64,000 nucleotides of DNA from Amylibacter sp. (lineage in GTDB: Bacteria; Pseudomonadota; Alphaproteobacteria; Rhodobacterales; Rhodobacteraceae). The notes beneath the pieces were generated by a model, which saw only the letters and a list, made by a program, of their open reading frames with translations, had not been told where the DNA came from and made no database searches. Each line of letters opens with the position of its first letter. Within the stretch, counting starts at the first letter, position 1. This document shows positions 48,327 through 59,000 of the stretch, one piece after another. The translations under genes were made by a program, and so were the position numbers. The stretch covers positions 23,081-87,080 of the forward strand of contig JAQXAV010000052.1 of assembly GCA_029252725.1 (NCBI GenBank), in the 5' to 3' direction.

Positions 48327-50165
48327 TCAAGGCTCCAACCGCACAGCACCCTGTGATGCGTTGCCAACATGTGCCGCATAAACCCGCAACGCACGGCTCA
48401 CTTTTCGCGCACGCGGTTCTGCTGGTGCCCAAGGGTTCTCACGGGCCTCCATCGAAGCGCGGCGTGCTGCCAATTCTTCATCAGTCAGCTTCACATTCAT
48501 TAAACGGTTCGGGATATCAATCTCAATGATGTCGCCTTCTTCGATCAACGCAATATTACCCCCTTCACCCGCTTCAGGTGAAATATGCCCAATTGACAGA
48601 CCAGAGGTCCCACCGCTGAACCGACCATCCGTGATCAGCGCACATGCCTTACCCAGCTTCATGGATTTCAGGTATGTCGTTGGATACAGCATTTCTTGCA
48701 TACCCGGTCCACCACGTGGCCCTTCATAACGGATAACAACTACGTCACCTGCCATAACTTCTCTGCCAAGAATACGCTTACACGCCTCGTCTTGTGATTC
48801 ACAAACAACTGCCCGGCCATTGAACTTCAAAATGCTCTCGTCCACACCCGCCGTCTTAACAACACAACCCTCTTGGGAAATGTTGCCAAACAAAACAGCC
48901 AAACCACCCTCCTCAGAATGTGCATGTTCTAAATCGCGGATCACACCGTTTTCACGATCCAAATCCAGCTCTTTGTAGCGACGCGATTGGCTAAACGCCT
49001 GCGTCGTGCGCACGCCACCTGGGGCGGCAAGAAACAAATTTTGCACTTGCTCATCGTTAGACGTACGCACATCCCATTTGGTAATTGCATCACCCAAGGT
49101 CGGCGCATGGATGGTCCCAACAGTTGTATCAAGCATCCCCGCGCGGTTCATTTCTCCGAGAAGTCCAAAAATCCCACCCGCACGATGCACGTCTTCCATA
49201 TGAACATTTGCGACTGCAGGGGCTACCTTGCAAAGGCAGGGTGTGTTTCGCGACAGGCGATCGATGTCATCCACCGTAAAATCCACGTCACCCTCCTGTG
49301 CCATAGCGAGTAAGTGCAAAATCGTGTTCGTAGAACCACCCATGGTAATATCCATGCGCATCGCATTTTCGAATGCGGCCTTAGTTGCAATCCCACGCGG
49401 AGATACAGATCGGTTACCATCAACGTAATATTCTTTGGTCAACTCAACAATTCGTTTGCCCGCCTGACGGAACAATCCCTCGCGATCCGAATGTGTTGCC
49501 AATGTTGACCCATTGCCAGGCAAGGCAAGACCCAAAGCCTCGGCCAAACAGTTCATCGAATTGGCTGTAAACATACCAGAGCAAGATCCACATGTCGGAC
49601 AGGCCGCCTCTTCAATCGCAAGCACTTCTTCCTCAGTGCGATCAGGATTTGCCGCTTCCATCATGGCGTCTACCAAATCAACAGCTTTCAAATCACCGTC
49701 AATGTCCACCTTACCCGCTTCCATCGGACCACCCGAAACAAAGACAACAGGGATATCGATGCGCAGCGCAGCCATCATCATGCCCGGCGTAATCTTGTCA
49801 CAGTTTGAAATACACACCATCGCATCGGCACAATGCGCATTAACCATGTATTCCACACTATCCGCAATCACTTCGCGCGAAGGCAAGGAATAGAGCATTC
49901 CATCATGCCCCATCGCAATTCCATCATCTACGGCAATGGTGTTCATTTCTTTGGCCACACCGCCAGCAGCGTGAATTTCTTCAGCCACCAATTGTCCCAA
50001 GTCCTTTAGGTGAACATGCCCTGGTACAAACTGCGTGAAAGAGTTCACAACCGCGATGATCGGTTTGCCAAAATCACTATCAGTCATTCCCGTCGCGCGC
50101 CAAAGGCCACGAGCCCCCGCCATATTACGGCCATGTGTCGATGTTCGGGAACGATACGGTATCAT
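48327..50165 (-). CDS. ilvD: Dihydroxy-acid dehydratase
   Basis: [75 protein letters not shown]. Confidence 0.97.
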   Translation of the reverse strand: MIPYRSRTSTHGRNMAGARGLWRATGMTDSDFGKPIIAVVNSFTQFVPGHVHLKDLGQLVAEEIHAAGGVAKEMNTIAVDDGIAMGHDGMLYSLPSREVIADSVEYMVNAHCADAMVCISNCDKITPGMMMAALRIDIPVVFVSGGPMEAGKVDIDGDLKAVDLVDAMMEAANPDRTEEEVLAIEEAACPTCGSCSGMFTANSMNCLAEALGLALPGNGSTLATHSDREGLFRQAGKRIVELTKEYYVDGNRSVSPRGIATKAAFENAMRMDITMGGSTNTILHLLAMAQEGDVDFTVDDIDRLSRNTPCLCKVAPAVANVHMEDVHRAGGIFGLLGEMNRAGMLDTTVGTIHAPTLGDAITKWDVRTSNDEQVQNLFLAAPGGVRTTQAFSQSRRYKELDLDRENGVIRDLEHAHSEEGGLAVLFGNISQEGCVVKTAGVDESILKFNGRAVVCESQDEACKRILGREVMAGDVVVIRYEGPRGGPGMQEMLYPTTYLKSMKLGKACALITDGRFSGGTSGLSIGHISPEAGEGGNIALIEEGDIIEIDIPNRLMNVKLTDEELAARRASMEARENPWAPAEPRARKVSRALRVYAAHVGNASQGAVRLEP

Positions 50166-50753
50166 TGGGTCTGTCCTCACGTAGAATTGTTCCAAGTTGT
50201 TTTGCCTGATGCATTATGGAAATGCCAGCCCCGAGCGTAGAACAGTTCTTTAATATCCTTAAAAAATGTTTGTAGCCATGTACTGAAAGCTCAAACTTGC
50301 ATTTCACAAAATTACGACTCAGGACACTCAGCTACACATCAGCCTGAGCGAAGAAAGACAGATTCCAGCCGGAGAAGACAGTTCGAGTATTGTCTGTCTT
50401 AATTTTCCAGACCACGTCTCGTTGCGGCAGCGCAAAAGGAGTGAGCCAAAAGCCGCCCAAAAAAACTAAATCCGGTTAATCCAATGTATCCACGTACCCT
50501 AAAATAAAATCTATCGTTAGATTAGCATCAACATCCACTATATGTGGAACCCTTCAGGATATCGTAATGTTATCAGATATATAAATTCCAATGCGCTAAA
50601 TTTAAAATTAGTGATGAGCACAATTCTTGTCTAACGTCAGATTGCTGTAAGTTTCATCAAGCTCATTCACGAATTAGCCAGAGACAACACTTGCTCTACG
50701 AGCCTAATTCGTGTCAGGACTGCCATAAAGCCAGACCTATTATGGAGCAAATC

Positions 50754-52229
50754 ATGCTGACGACCACAAACCTCAAGAACCTTCTCAAGGACCCAACCCT
50801 CCTGTGCAACAAAGCGTTCGTCGCAGGTGAATGGATCGACGCCAATGACGGCGCCACGTTTGATGTCAAAAATCCTGCCCGCGGTGACGTACTCACAACC
50901 TTACCCGATCTGAGCATAATAGAAGTCAAACGCGCAATTGACGCAGCCGAAGCATCTCAGAGAGCCTGGGCCGCCCGAACAGGTAAAGATCGCGCTGCCA
51001 TTTTGCGCAAATGGCACGACCTCATGGTTGCCAATGCTGACGACCTAGGCATGATCCTGACCGCTGAGATGGGCAAACCAATTGCCGAGGGCAAGGGTGA
51101 AATTATTTATGGTGCTTCCTTCATCGAATGGTTCGCAGAAGAAGCCAAACGCATCTACGGGGAAACCATTCCTGGCCACTTGCCAGACAAACGCATCACT
51201 GTACTGAAACAACCAGTCGGCGTAGTCGCCTCTATCACACCATGGAACTTCCCAAACGCCATGATTGCCCGCAAAGTTGCACCCGCACTTGCAGTTGGCT
51301 GTACATTCGTTGCACGACCAGCGAAAGAAACACCACTCTCCGCCCTTGCAATGGCCCTTTTAGCTGAGCGTGCAGGCGTCCCCGCTGGTGTATTTTCCGT
51401 CATCACGAACACCCGCGCTTCCATTGTTGGAAAAGAATTCTGCGACAACCCAATTGTTCGCAAACTTACTTTCACAGGCTCCACTGAAGTAGGGCGCATT
51501 CTTATGGAACAGGCCGCTGGCCAGATCATGAAAACATCAATGGAGCTTGGTGGAAACGCCCCGTTCATCGTATTTGATGACGCAGATCTAGACAAAGCCG
51601 TCGAGGGCGCGATGATCTCAAAATATCGTAACAACGGACAAACTTGCGTCTGTGCCAACCGCATATACGTGCAAGCTGGCATTTACGACGCCTTCGCCAA
51701 GAAACTCGCGGCAGCCGTTAATGCCATGAGCATCGGTGACGGCCTCGAGGAAGGAATTACAGTTGGTCCACTGATCAGCATGGATGCCGTTGAAAAAGTA
51801 GAAGAACACATCGCTGACGCCACCACCAAAGGCGCGAAGATAGCGGCAGGCGGAACCAGACACGCGTTGGGCGGCACGTTCTTTCAACCCACAATCCTTA
51901 CAGGGGTCACATCCGATATGATTGTAACCAACGACGAAACCTTCGGCCCCGTTGCCCCCCTGTTCAAATTCGAAACAGAAGAGGAAGTTGTTGCAGCCGC
52001 CAACGACACAATATTCGGTCTTGCATCCTATTTTTACTCCAACGATCTCTCCCGAGTTCACCGCGTACAAGAAGCACTGGAATATGGCATGGTTGGCGTG
52101 AATACAGGCCTAATCTCAACAGAAGTCGCACCCTTTGGTGGCATCAAACAATCTGGTATTGGCCGCGAGGGTTCTTCGCACGGGACAGAAGACTACCTTG
52201 AAATGAAATATATCTGCACAAGCATTTAA
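50754..52229 (+). CDS. gabD: NAD(P)-dependent succinate-semialdehyde dehydrogenase
   Basis: ITPWNFP, TFTGSTEVG, MELGGNAP, RNNGQTCVC, ETFGP, PFGGIKQSG.GREG. Start set after GGAG. Confidence 0.9.
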   Translation: MLTTTNLKNLLKDPTLLCNKAFVAGEWIDANDGATFDVKNPARGDVLTTLPDLSIIEVKRAIDAAEASQRAWAARTGKDRAAILRKWHDLMVANADDLGMILTAEMGKPIAEGKGEIIYGASFIEWFAEEAKRIYGETIPGHLPDKRITVLKQPVGVVASITPWNFPNAMIARKVAPALAVGCTFVARPAKETPLSALAMALLAERAGVPAGVFSVITNTRASIVGKEFCDNPIVRKLTFTGSTEVGRILMEQAAGQIMKTSMELGGNAPFIVFDDADLDKAVEGAMISKYRNNGQTCVCANRIYVQAGIYDAFAKKLAAAVNAMSIGDGLEEGITVGPLISMDAVEKVEEHIADATTKGAKIAAGGTRHALGGTFFQPTILTGVTSDMIVTNDETFGPVAPLFKFETEEEVVAAANDTIFGLASYFYSNDLSRVHRVQEALEYGMVGVNTGLISTEVAPFGGIKQSGIGREGSSHGTEDYLEMKYICTSI

Positions 52230-52657
52230 CATTAAATTCTATATAGTGCTTAGACAAATAACTTTTAGCGAAAGCAAGTCGGGGCGAAGCATGGGTTAAA
52301 CGTAAAATTTAAATTTGCTGAACTAGCTTGCGTATGGAATGAAAAATTCCCGCTGGAAGAAACGCAACGCACTACACCCATGCTGCAAGAAAACCATTAA
52401 CTTGTTCGTAATCTGTGGGCAATCTTCAAAATAGGTAATAAATTGCAGAGAGCGGACGAAATTGAACTCATAATTGCAGCCACCAAAGGACACAACCCTC
52501 ACCACAATCTGCCACAGTTATTATAATCTACTGATCGTGCTCACTGGTAGGCCGATCACCCTAATGCGGCGATGGTTCCGCCAGCCGACGAGTGATAATG
52601 TTTGGTAAGTGGCGCACTCTAAGACGGAAGATAAAGAGCGCCAATTACTTTATAAAA

Positions 52658-53146
52658 TTACGCTATGGTTCGAGGTTTTGGGACTTTTCCACAAGATTTA
52701 GCCTCGATTGTTTTACCTGTACCCGTAATCTCAATACGGCGAGGTTTTAACGCTTCAGGTACTTCGCGGACCATTTCTACATGCAAAATACCATTTTCAG
52801 TGCTCGCGCCAATGGCCCGCACGTGATCCGCCAGATGAAAGCGCTTCTCAAAAGCGCGAGATGCAATACCACGGTGCAGATAAGTAACCTGACCCGTGTC
52901 TTCCTCCTCGGCCTTCTTAGCCGAAATCACAAGCTGTCCATCACGCATTTCAATCAGGAGATCATCTTCCGAAAAACCAGCAATAGCTACTGAAATGCGA
53001 AAGTCATTTTCGTCAGTTTTTTCAATATTATATGGCGGGTATCCATTTGTATTTACATCAACTGACATGGCACGATCTACCATAGACGCAAGACGATCAA
53101 AACCAACAGTTGAGCGATATAGGGGCGCAAAATCATAAGTTCGCAT
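52658..53146 (-). CDS. Hsp20 small heat-shock protein (IbpA-like)
   Basis: MRTYDFAPLYRSTVGFDR, YPPYNIEK, AIAGF, YLHRGIA.RAFE, ENGIL, PEALKPRRIEI. Confidence 0.95.
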   Translation of the reverse strand: MRTYDFAPLYRSTVGFDRLASMVDRAMSVDVNTNGYPPYNIEKTDENDFRISVAIAGFSEDDLLIEMRDGQLVISAKKAEEEDTGQVTYLHRGIASRAFEKRFHLADHVRAIGASTENGILHVEMVREVPEALKPRRIEITGTGKTIEAKSCGKVPKPRTIA

Positions 53147-53275
53147 AAGCAAACATCCTCCTTAAGAAGCAACATTTAAATACGGCCTTCCATGTTGGAC
53201 AGACCAATTTTCACTACCAGACCCCTTGGGGCATCCGATACACTCTACGTGGGAACGCCCTAGAGGACTTTCAAG
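53144..53275 (-). promoter_or_regulatory. RpoH-type promoter and ROSE-like RNA thermometer leader of Hsp20
   Basis: Minus strand CTTGAA (53270-53275) followed by CCCACGTAG (53245-53253); TTGCT five bases before the AGGAGGA Shine-Dalgarno. Confidence 0.45.
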
Positions 53276-53352
53276 ACTGTTTGTTTGCGAAAACTAATTT
53301 TATGTCTAATTCAGTTGCTAATTCAAAATTTCGTTCGATGGGCACGCAAACC

Positions 53353-53838
53353 TCAACACGTCAAATCGTATCGTTTTATCATTCGATCTACAGGTGTTCC
53401 ATCCTTCAAAGGCACGGCTTTTACCATATCAAACGGCGCAAACCCCATAGCCGTATAGTACGCCATACCCGGCAGGTTATCCGCCCTAATTTGCGCATTA
53501 ATTTCTAAAAAACCAGCCTGTTGCACCACTACACGCGTATGCTGGAAAAGTACTCTCCCAACGCCCTTAATTTGAGCACATGCTCGCGCAAAGGTTGCAA
53601 TATCACTGATCTGGTTAGAACCGCACCCTAACTTGTTAACTTTTTGAAAGCCAAGAATGACACCATCCTTTTCAGCGACAAAACAACTGATACTGCCTTC
53701 ACCCTCAAAATATTTCGCGTGAAACGTGGACAAGGACATGACCTCTTCCATCGCCGTGGTTCCACCAATCTCAATGATTTCATTGAGCAATGCACACATC
53801 TGTACCGAGTCTGCTACCAACGCCTCACGCACAACCAT
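53353..53838 (-). CDS. GNAT family N-acetyltransferase
   Basis: EIIEIGGTTA, ILGFQ, IATFAR...KGVGRVLF, INAQIRADN..G.AYY..MGF. Confidence 0.85.
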   Translation of the reverse strand: MVVREALVADSVQMCALLNEIIEIGGTTAMEEVMSLSTFHAKYFEGEGSISCFVAEKDGVILGFQKVNKLGCGSNQISDIATFARACAQIKGVGRVLFQHTRVVVQQAGFLEINAQIRADNLPGMAYYTAMGFAPFDMVKAVPLKDGTPVDRMIKRYDLTC

Positions 53839-53839
53839 A

Positions 53840-55129
53840 TTAAACCTGCAACATGGCAACAGGCTTCGGCCCACCCGTTGCCCAATCAAGTAATTCAACC
53901 GTATGCACAATGGGCACCTCAGTTCCTGACCCAATCTGCATCATACAGCCAATGTTGCCTGCCGAGATCACATCAGGCTGCCTAGCTTCCAATGTCCGCA
54001 CCTTCCGTTCCTTCAATTGCCCTGAAATTTCAGGCTGCATCAGGTTGTAGGTCCCAGCTGAACCACAACATAAATGACTATCCAAAGGCTCAATTACCTC
54101 GTATCCAACACGTTCTAAAAGCACTTTAGGGTAAGTCTTAATCTGCTGACCGTGCTGCAAACTACAAGCTGCATGATAAGCAACTCTTAGTCCCTGATCA
54201 GATCCCTCAGGCATATCCAACTTCATCAATACCTCCGACACATCCATCGCAATCGCAGACACTCTTATCGCATCATCCGACAGCGGGCCACATCGGAACA
54301 TATGCCGGTAATCCTTAATCGTGGTCCCGCACCCAGAGGTATTAATTACCACCGCATCCAGTCCCTCTCCATTCATTTCAGTGATCCAAGCATTAATATT
54401 CTTTCTAGCCGTGTTGTGGCTCTCCGCCGTTTTGCCCATATGATGGGTTAACGCACCACAACATCCCTGCCCACGAGCAATCACCACATCACAGCCTAGT
54501 CGACGCAACAAACGAATGGTTGCATCATTGATATCCGTATTCAGCGCCCGCTGGGCACAGCCAGTCATTAGCGCTACGCGCATTTTACGTTTACCCATCG
54601 CTGGAAAAACCTGCGCATCATCATTACGGCTCACAGGCGGAATAACCTTAGGCACCATTTCAAACATCGCCTTGAGGCGTGGATCAGGAATTAATTTTAC
54701 AAACGGCTGCCCAATCTTTGCCAACAGCAAAGCTATCCGAAACCGTCTTGGATAAGGCAAAATTTTTGCTAAAAGCCAGCGTAAAATCCGCTCGAACACA
54801 GGCCGGGTATAGGTTTTCTCAATGTATTCCCGCGCATGGTCTACGAGGTGCATGTAATGGACACCACTCGGACACGTTGTCATACAAGCCAAGCAAGACA
54901 AACAACGATCCACATGCTTAACGGTCTTCTCATCTGCAGGCCGCCCCGTTTCAAGCATATCCTTGATCAGATATATCCGGCCCCTTGGGCTATCCAACTC
55001 ATCGCCAAGCACCTGATACGTTGGACACGTTGCCGTACAAAATCCACAGTGTACGCAAGATCTTAAAATCTCGTTAGACCGTCGAGTAGCTGGGTCCACT
55101 AATTGCTCTGGTGTAAATTCTGTTCTCAT
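53840..55129 (-). CDS. glcF: Glycolate oxidase iron-sulfur subunit
   Basis: CVHCGFCTATCPT, SPRGRI, CLSCLACMTTCPSGV, CCGAL, CCGSAGTYN, NIGC. Confidence 0.95.
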   Translation of the reverse strand: MRTEFTPEQLVDPATRRSNEILRSCVHCGFCTATCPTYQVLGDELDSPRGRIYLIKDMLETGRPADEKTVKHVDRCLSCLACMTTCPSGVHYMHLVDHAREYIEKTYTRPVFERILRWLLAKILPYPRRFRIALLLAKIGQPFVKLIPDPRLKAMFEMVPKVIPPVSRNDDAQVFPAMGKRKMRVALMTGCAQRALNTDINDATIRLLRRLGCDVVIARGQGCCGALTHHMGKTAESHNTARKNINAWITEMNGEGLDAVVINTSGCGTTIKDYRHMFRCGPLSDDAIRVSAIAMDVSEVLMKLDMPEGSDQGLRVAYHAACSLQHGQQIKTYPKVLLERVGYEVIEPLDSHLCCGSAGTYNLMQPEISGQLKERKVRTLEARQPDVISAGNIGCMMQIGSGTEVPIVHTVELLDWATGGPKPVAMLQV

Positions 55130-56214
55130 CTCATCAAACCTGGATTTAAAATCCCACGTGGATCAAATTGCTTTCGTAGCCCGTCAGTCACAGCGGCTAA
55201 CGCACCGGTCGGTGGCTCAAAAACAGGCCCCGAACCAATGCCCCTGATCAACGTACAGTGCCCTGCAATCTCAACTAAGGCTCCACGCACATCAGTGCCC
55301 TTAGCGACCTCGGCCCAAACCAAACCACCACCCCAGTCATAAAGTAGTTTTGCCCCACCTAAAGCCAGCCCTACGCGCATCCCATCGGAAGGCTTTACGG
55401 ATATTCGCCATAAATCACCGTCACCATCAATAAACTTCCAGGCATCCCGAACAGCCACCCAGTTAGTAGCTTCATTCAACGAAACATCCCCAAAGGACGC
55501 CAACAGCTTGCTCAATTCTGCCGCTCGGTAAGCCACCGAGTCCATAAATCCTTCAATCCGAAGCATTGTCACGCCCATATCGGGGTCATGCGCCGCCCCG
55601 GACACCTCAAATGGAGAGCCCAAAGCAGCTGACATTGCCGTAACTGCCGCATTGTCATCCAAGCCTGCAATCTCAACCGTTATGACAGCCTCAACTCCAG
55701 GCAACACCTTGAACGCCACTTCGCTCAAAACTCCAAGCGTCCCAAAGGCACCACACATCAATTTAACCAAATCATAGCCCGTGACATTCTTCATCACACG
55801 ACCGCCGTTCTTTACTATATCACCTCGCCCATCAACAAAACGCACGCCAATTAAGCTGTCCCGACACGCCCCTGCTTGAATGCGCCGTGGCCCTGACACA
55901 TTGGCGGCTACAACCCCACCAATCGTGCTCTCGCCAGTGGTCCCAAACACCGCATGCCCGCGCATTGGCTCAAATGGCAACCGCTGGTTTTTTGCCTCTA
56001 GCGCCGCCTCAATTTCTACAAGTGGCGTGCCTGCACCCGCTACAATCGTTAGAGCACCCGGCTCATAGAGCGAAATTCCAGACAGACCAGACGTGGTCAA
56101 AGCCTCACCGGTACCGAGCCCCAGGGGGCGCGTTCCTCCACCCAAAATTCTCAAAGAACCTTCCGCTTCGCGGATAAAATTACTCAACGACACTTCACTC
56201 TCAGGTTTTATCAT
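55126..56214 (-). CDS. glcE: Glycolate oxidase FAD-binding subunit
   Basis: YEPGALT, LPFEP, TIGG, SGPRR, KNGGRVMKNVTGYDLVKL, FDPRGILNPG. Confidence 0.95.
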   Translation of the reverse strand: MIKPESEVSLSNFIREAEGSLRILGGGTRPLGLGTGEALTTSGLSGISLYEPGALTIVAGAGTPLVEIEAALEAKNQRLPFEPMRGHAVFGTTGESTIGGVVAANVSGPRRIQAGACRDSLIGVRFVDGRGDIVKNGGRVMKNVTGYDLVKLMCGAFGTLGVLSEVAFKVLPGVEAVITVEIAGLDDNAAVTAMSAALGSPFEVSGAAHDPDMGVTMLRIEGFMDSVAYRAAELSKLLASFGDVSLNEATNWVAVRDAWKFIDGDGDLWRISVKPSDGMRVGLALGGAKLLYDWGGGLVWAEVAKGTDVRGALVEIAGHCTLIRGIGSGPVFEPPTGALAAVTDGLRKQFDPRGILNPGLMR

Positions 56215-56290
56215 CTTATTTCAGCTCAATTTATCAGGTGTTTGTCAGACATTTTCTAAGCAGTTTTCGAAGTCCGCAAATTCAGTCTGC

Positions 56291-57730
56291 TTAGTCTCGC
56301 GCAGAGCGCCGCGTTTCAGTCACATTCAGGGGGAACACCTTCGAAGGGTTAAGCAACCAACTTGGGTCAAATACGTCCTTCACTCGCAGCTGCGCCTCCA
56401 TATCAATGGGATCAAACTGCGCATACATTAGATCTCGCTTTTCCACTCCAACTCCGTGCTCGCCAGTCAAACAGCCACCAACCTCGACACACAGTTTAAG
56501 AATCTCCGCTCCCATCGCCTCGCATAAATCTAAGTCACCTTCTTTGTTGGCATCGAACAAGATCAGGGGATGCATATTTCCATCTCCGGCATGAAACACG
56601 TTTCCAACTCCCAATCCATATTGGTCCGACAACTCCCCAATTCGCTTCAGCACGTAGGATAACTCCGACACAGGAATCGTTCCATCCAAACACATGTAGT
56701 CGTTGATCTGACCCATGGCCCCAAAGGCTGACTTACGTCCCAACCAAATTGCAGCACTTTCTTCCTCTGATTTACTTTCACGGAAATCCACGGGGTGATG
56801 AGTTGCCGCAATCTGACGTATCAGACCCAGCTGCATGTCAATCTCAGCCTCAGACCCCTCCACCTCAATAATTAGTAATGCCTCGCACTCAGGATACCCC
56901 GCCTTCGCATGCTTTTCGACAACCTCCAGCACACGTCGATCCATAAACTCAATTGCTACAGGCAGCACACCGGCTTTAATTATTTCGGACACGCAAGCTC
57001 CCGCCACCTCATTTGAGGCAAACCCAATTAGCGCGGGCCGTGCACCTTCGGGTTTACGTAAAATCCGCAGCGTGGCCTCTGTCACCACACCTAATTGCCC
57101 CTCAGACCCACATATTAAGCCAAGCAGATCCAATCCGCCTGCATCCAAATACGGGCCACCAACCTCTGTCACAGTGCCATCCATCATGACCATTGTCACA
57201 CCAAGCAAATTATTTGTCGTCACACCATACTTCAAACAATGTGCTCCACCCGAATTCATAGCGATATTACCTGCAATGGCGCAAGCCAACTGGGATGAAG
57301 GGTCAGGTGCATAAAAGAAATCTTCAACCTCAACCGCACCGGTCACACTCAGGTTCGTACGCCCAGACTGCACTCTAATGTAGCGATCGGCATAATTTGT
57401 CTCGATCACGTTATTCAATCGCGCAACGCCAAGGATCACACAATCCATTGTCGGTAACGCGCCACCCGCCAGCGACGTGCCCGATCCACGAGGTACTACA
57501 GGCACACCAATTTCGTAGCACACTTTAAGCACCGCCGACACTTCCTGCGTATTACGCGGCAAAACTGCTGCCAAAGGTGGACATTTGTACGCCGTCAGTG
57601 CGTCGCACTCGTATACCCGGGTCTCATTTGGCTCATGGATCACAGCATCCATCGGTAGAACCTCCTGCAAGCGCGTCACAATTTCAGCTTTACGATTTAG
57701 AATGTGAAAATCTGGGACTGGCATTTGCAT
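56291..57730 (-). CDS. glcD: Glycolate oxidase subunit (FAD-linked oxidase)
   Basis: PRGSGTSLAGGA, YAPDPSS, NSGGAHCLKYGVT, GSEGQLG, HAGDGNMHP, GEHGVG.EK. Confidence 0.95.
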   Translation of the reverse strand: MQMPVPDFHILNRKAEIVTRLQEVLPMDAVIHEPNETRVYECDALTAYKCPPLAAVLPRNTQEVSAVLKVCYEIGVPVVPRGSGTSLAGGALPTMDCVILGVARLNNVIETNYADRYIRVQSGRTNLSVTGAVEVEDFFYAPDPSSQLACAIAGNIAMNSGGAHCLKYGVTTNNLLGVTMVMMDGTVTEVGGPYLDAGGLDLLGLICGSEGQLGVVTEATLRILRKPEGARPALIGFASNEVAGACVSEIIKAGVLPVAIEFMDRRVLEVVEKHAKAGYPECEALLIIEVEGSEAEIDMQLGLIRQIAATHHPVDFRESKSEEESAAIWLGRKSAFGAMGQINDYMCLDGTIPVSELSYVLKRIGELSDQYGLGVGNVFHAGDGNMHPLILFDANKEGDLDLCEAMGAEILKLCVEVGGCLTGEHGVGVEKRDLMYAQFDPIDMEAQLRVKDVFDPSWLLNPSKVFPLNVTETRRSARD

Positions 57731-57750
57731 AGCAACTCTCCATAAATTAT

Positions 57751-57771
57751 TTGGTAATATAATATTACCAA
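57751..57771. promoter_or_regulatory. Perfect palindromic operator upstream of glcD
   Basis: TTGGTAATAT-A-ATATTACCAA, 10-bp arms with the FadR-family TGGT...ACCA core. Confidence 0.6.
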
Positions 57772-57833
57772 TTCATAGAATTACAATCGCTATATTACCT
57801 GACAAAAGCCAATACTTGCGCTAAACTTTCGCA

Positions 57834-58532
57834 ATGACCGTAGCTGTGCCAGAATTCTTCGTCCATTTCGTTTTATCCGATGCCTTTTCCGTCGTTGGCT
57901 TGATCTTAGCATGGCTCGGCAGCACTGTGGTCATAGAGCGCACAAACGTTGCTAAGCCTTCCACACACATCCTTATGGAAACTTATCGTGAACAATGGAT
58001 GGTACAGATGGTTACCCGGAACCCACGCATTTTTGATAGTTCTGTTCTGGGTATGATGCGCCAAGGTGCCACCTTTTTCGCCTCATCCTGTATGATTGCA
58101 ATTGGTGGCTGCGTCGCCCTCATCGGTGGCGCTGATCAAATCACAGTATTTGCGTCCGAACTCGCAAACACAACCGTTGCTCCCAAGATCGTATGGGAAG
58201 TAAAGATCCTTCTTCTGATGGCACTCCTCGCAAACGGCTTTCTCAAATTCGTTTGGGCTGTGCGCTTATTTGGCTACTGCGCCATTGTGATGGCGTCGAC
58301 CCCAAACGATCCAAAGAACAAAACTACCTACGCCACCGCCGCCAAGGCCGCAGAAATTGCGAACCATGCAGCGCGCAGCTTTAATCGAGGGATGCGATCA
58401 GTCTATTTTACTATCGCAGCTCTTACATGGTTGATCGGCCCATTACCCCTTATGCTCGCCACCATCACCACACTTATCCTAATCTACCGTCGTGAATTTT
58501 CGTCTCGCACTCGCCGCGCCCTTGCTAACTAA
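57834..58532 (+). CDS. DUF599 family membrane protein
   Basis: YREQWM..M..R.PRIFD, FFASSC, FLKFVW..RL..YC, FNRG.R..YF..A.L.W..G. Confidence 0.85.
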   Translation: MTVAVPEFFVHFVLSDAFSVVGLILAWLGSTVVIERTNVAKPSTHILMETYREQWMVQMVTRNPRIFDSSVLGMMRQGATFFASSCMIAIGGCVALIGGADQITVFASELANTTVAPKIVWEVKILLLMALLANGFLKFVWAVRLFGYCAIVMASTPNDPKNKTTYATAAKAAEIANHAARSFNRGMRSVYFTIAALTWLIGPLPLMLATITTLILIYRREFSSRTRRALAN

Positions 58533-58915
58533 CAAAAAAACACCCTAAAATCTCCATAGCCGCCGCACCGCTCAGAAAATGAAGCGTCTGGCGAAACGTT
58601 AAATGCAAGGAGGCAACACAAAAACGCCAGTGCATAATCATTGTTTATCCCCAGTATCTCGGGGTCCAAAATATCTTCCGGCATCAGATCGGGCTTTGAC
58701 TGCACCCAGTTAGCGCTTAGCTCAAACACTTTCTCAAGCATATCCAAAAGGCGTGTTTTCGCCAACCCAGATTTACGTACCAACAGGGTGTGACCACCAC
58801 AGAGAAGCGCCACCATATCCTCTATCACAACCTGTTCTTGCCCAATGGTCCACTTCTCATTCCAAGCTCGAGGTTCCTCAAGAAAAGTGAGAGTCTTGAC
58901 CACCTTATCTGCCAG
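58529..58915 (-). pseudogene. Decayed N-terminal fragment of a MoxR-family AAA+ ATPase
   Basis: IGQEQVV...ALLCGGHTLLVRKSGLAKTRL...WVQSKPDLMPEDILDPEIL matches the MoxR start (IGQ...LL.GGH.LL.G.PGLxKT...QFTPDLMP.DI.G.E), but Walker A is broken and homology fades after about 90 codons. Confidence 0.8.
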
Positions 58916-59000
58916 ACTTACGAAGCCACTTGTATTATGAAACAAGTACAATACCTTCTTGATATTGGACAAGTAAAACAAATTTTTGCGACAAAGAAAA

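Noticed and set aside
58529-58981. The 150-aa ORF as a functional protein
   Set aside because: Only the middle matches MoxR, with a broken Walker A. The ends look like non-homologous read-through, so it is treated as a pseudogene.
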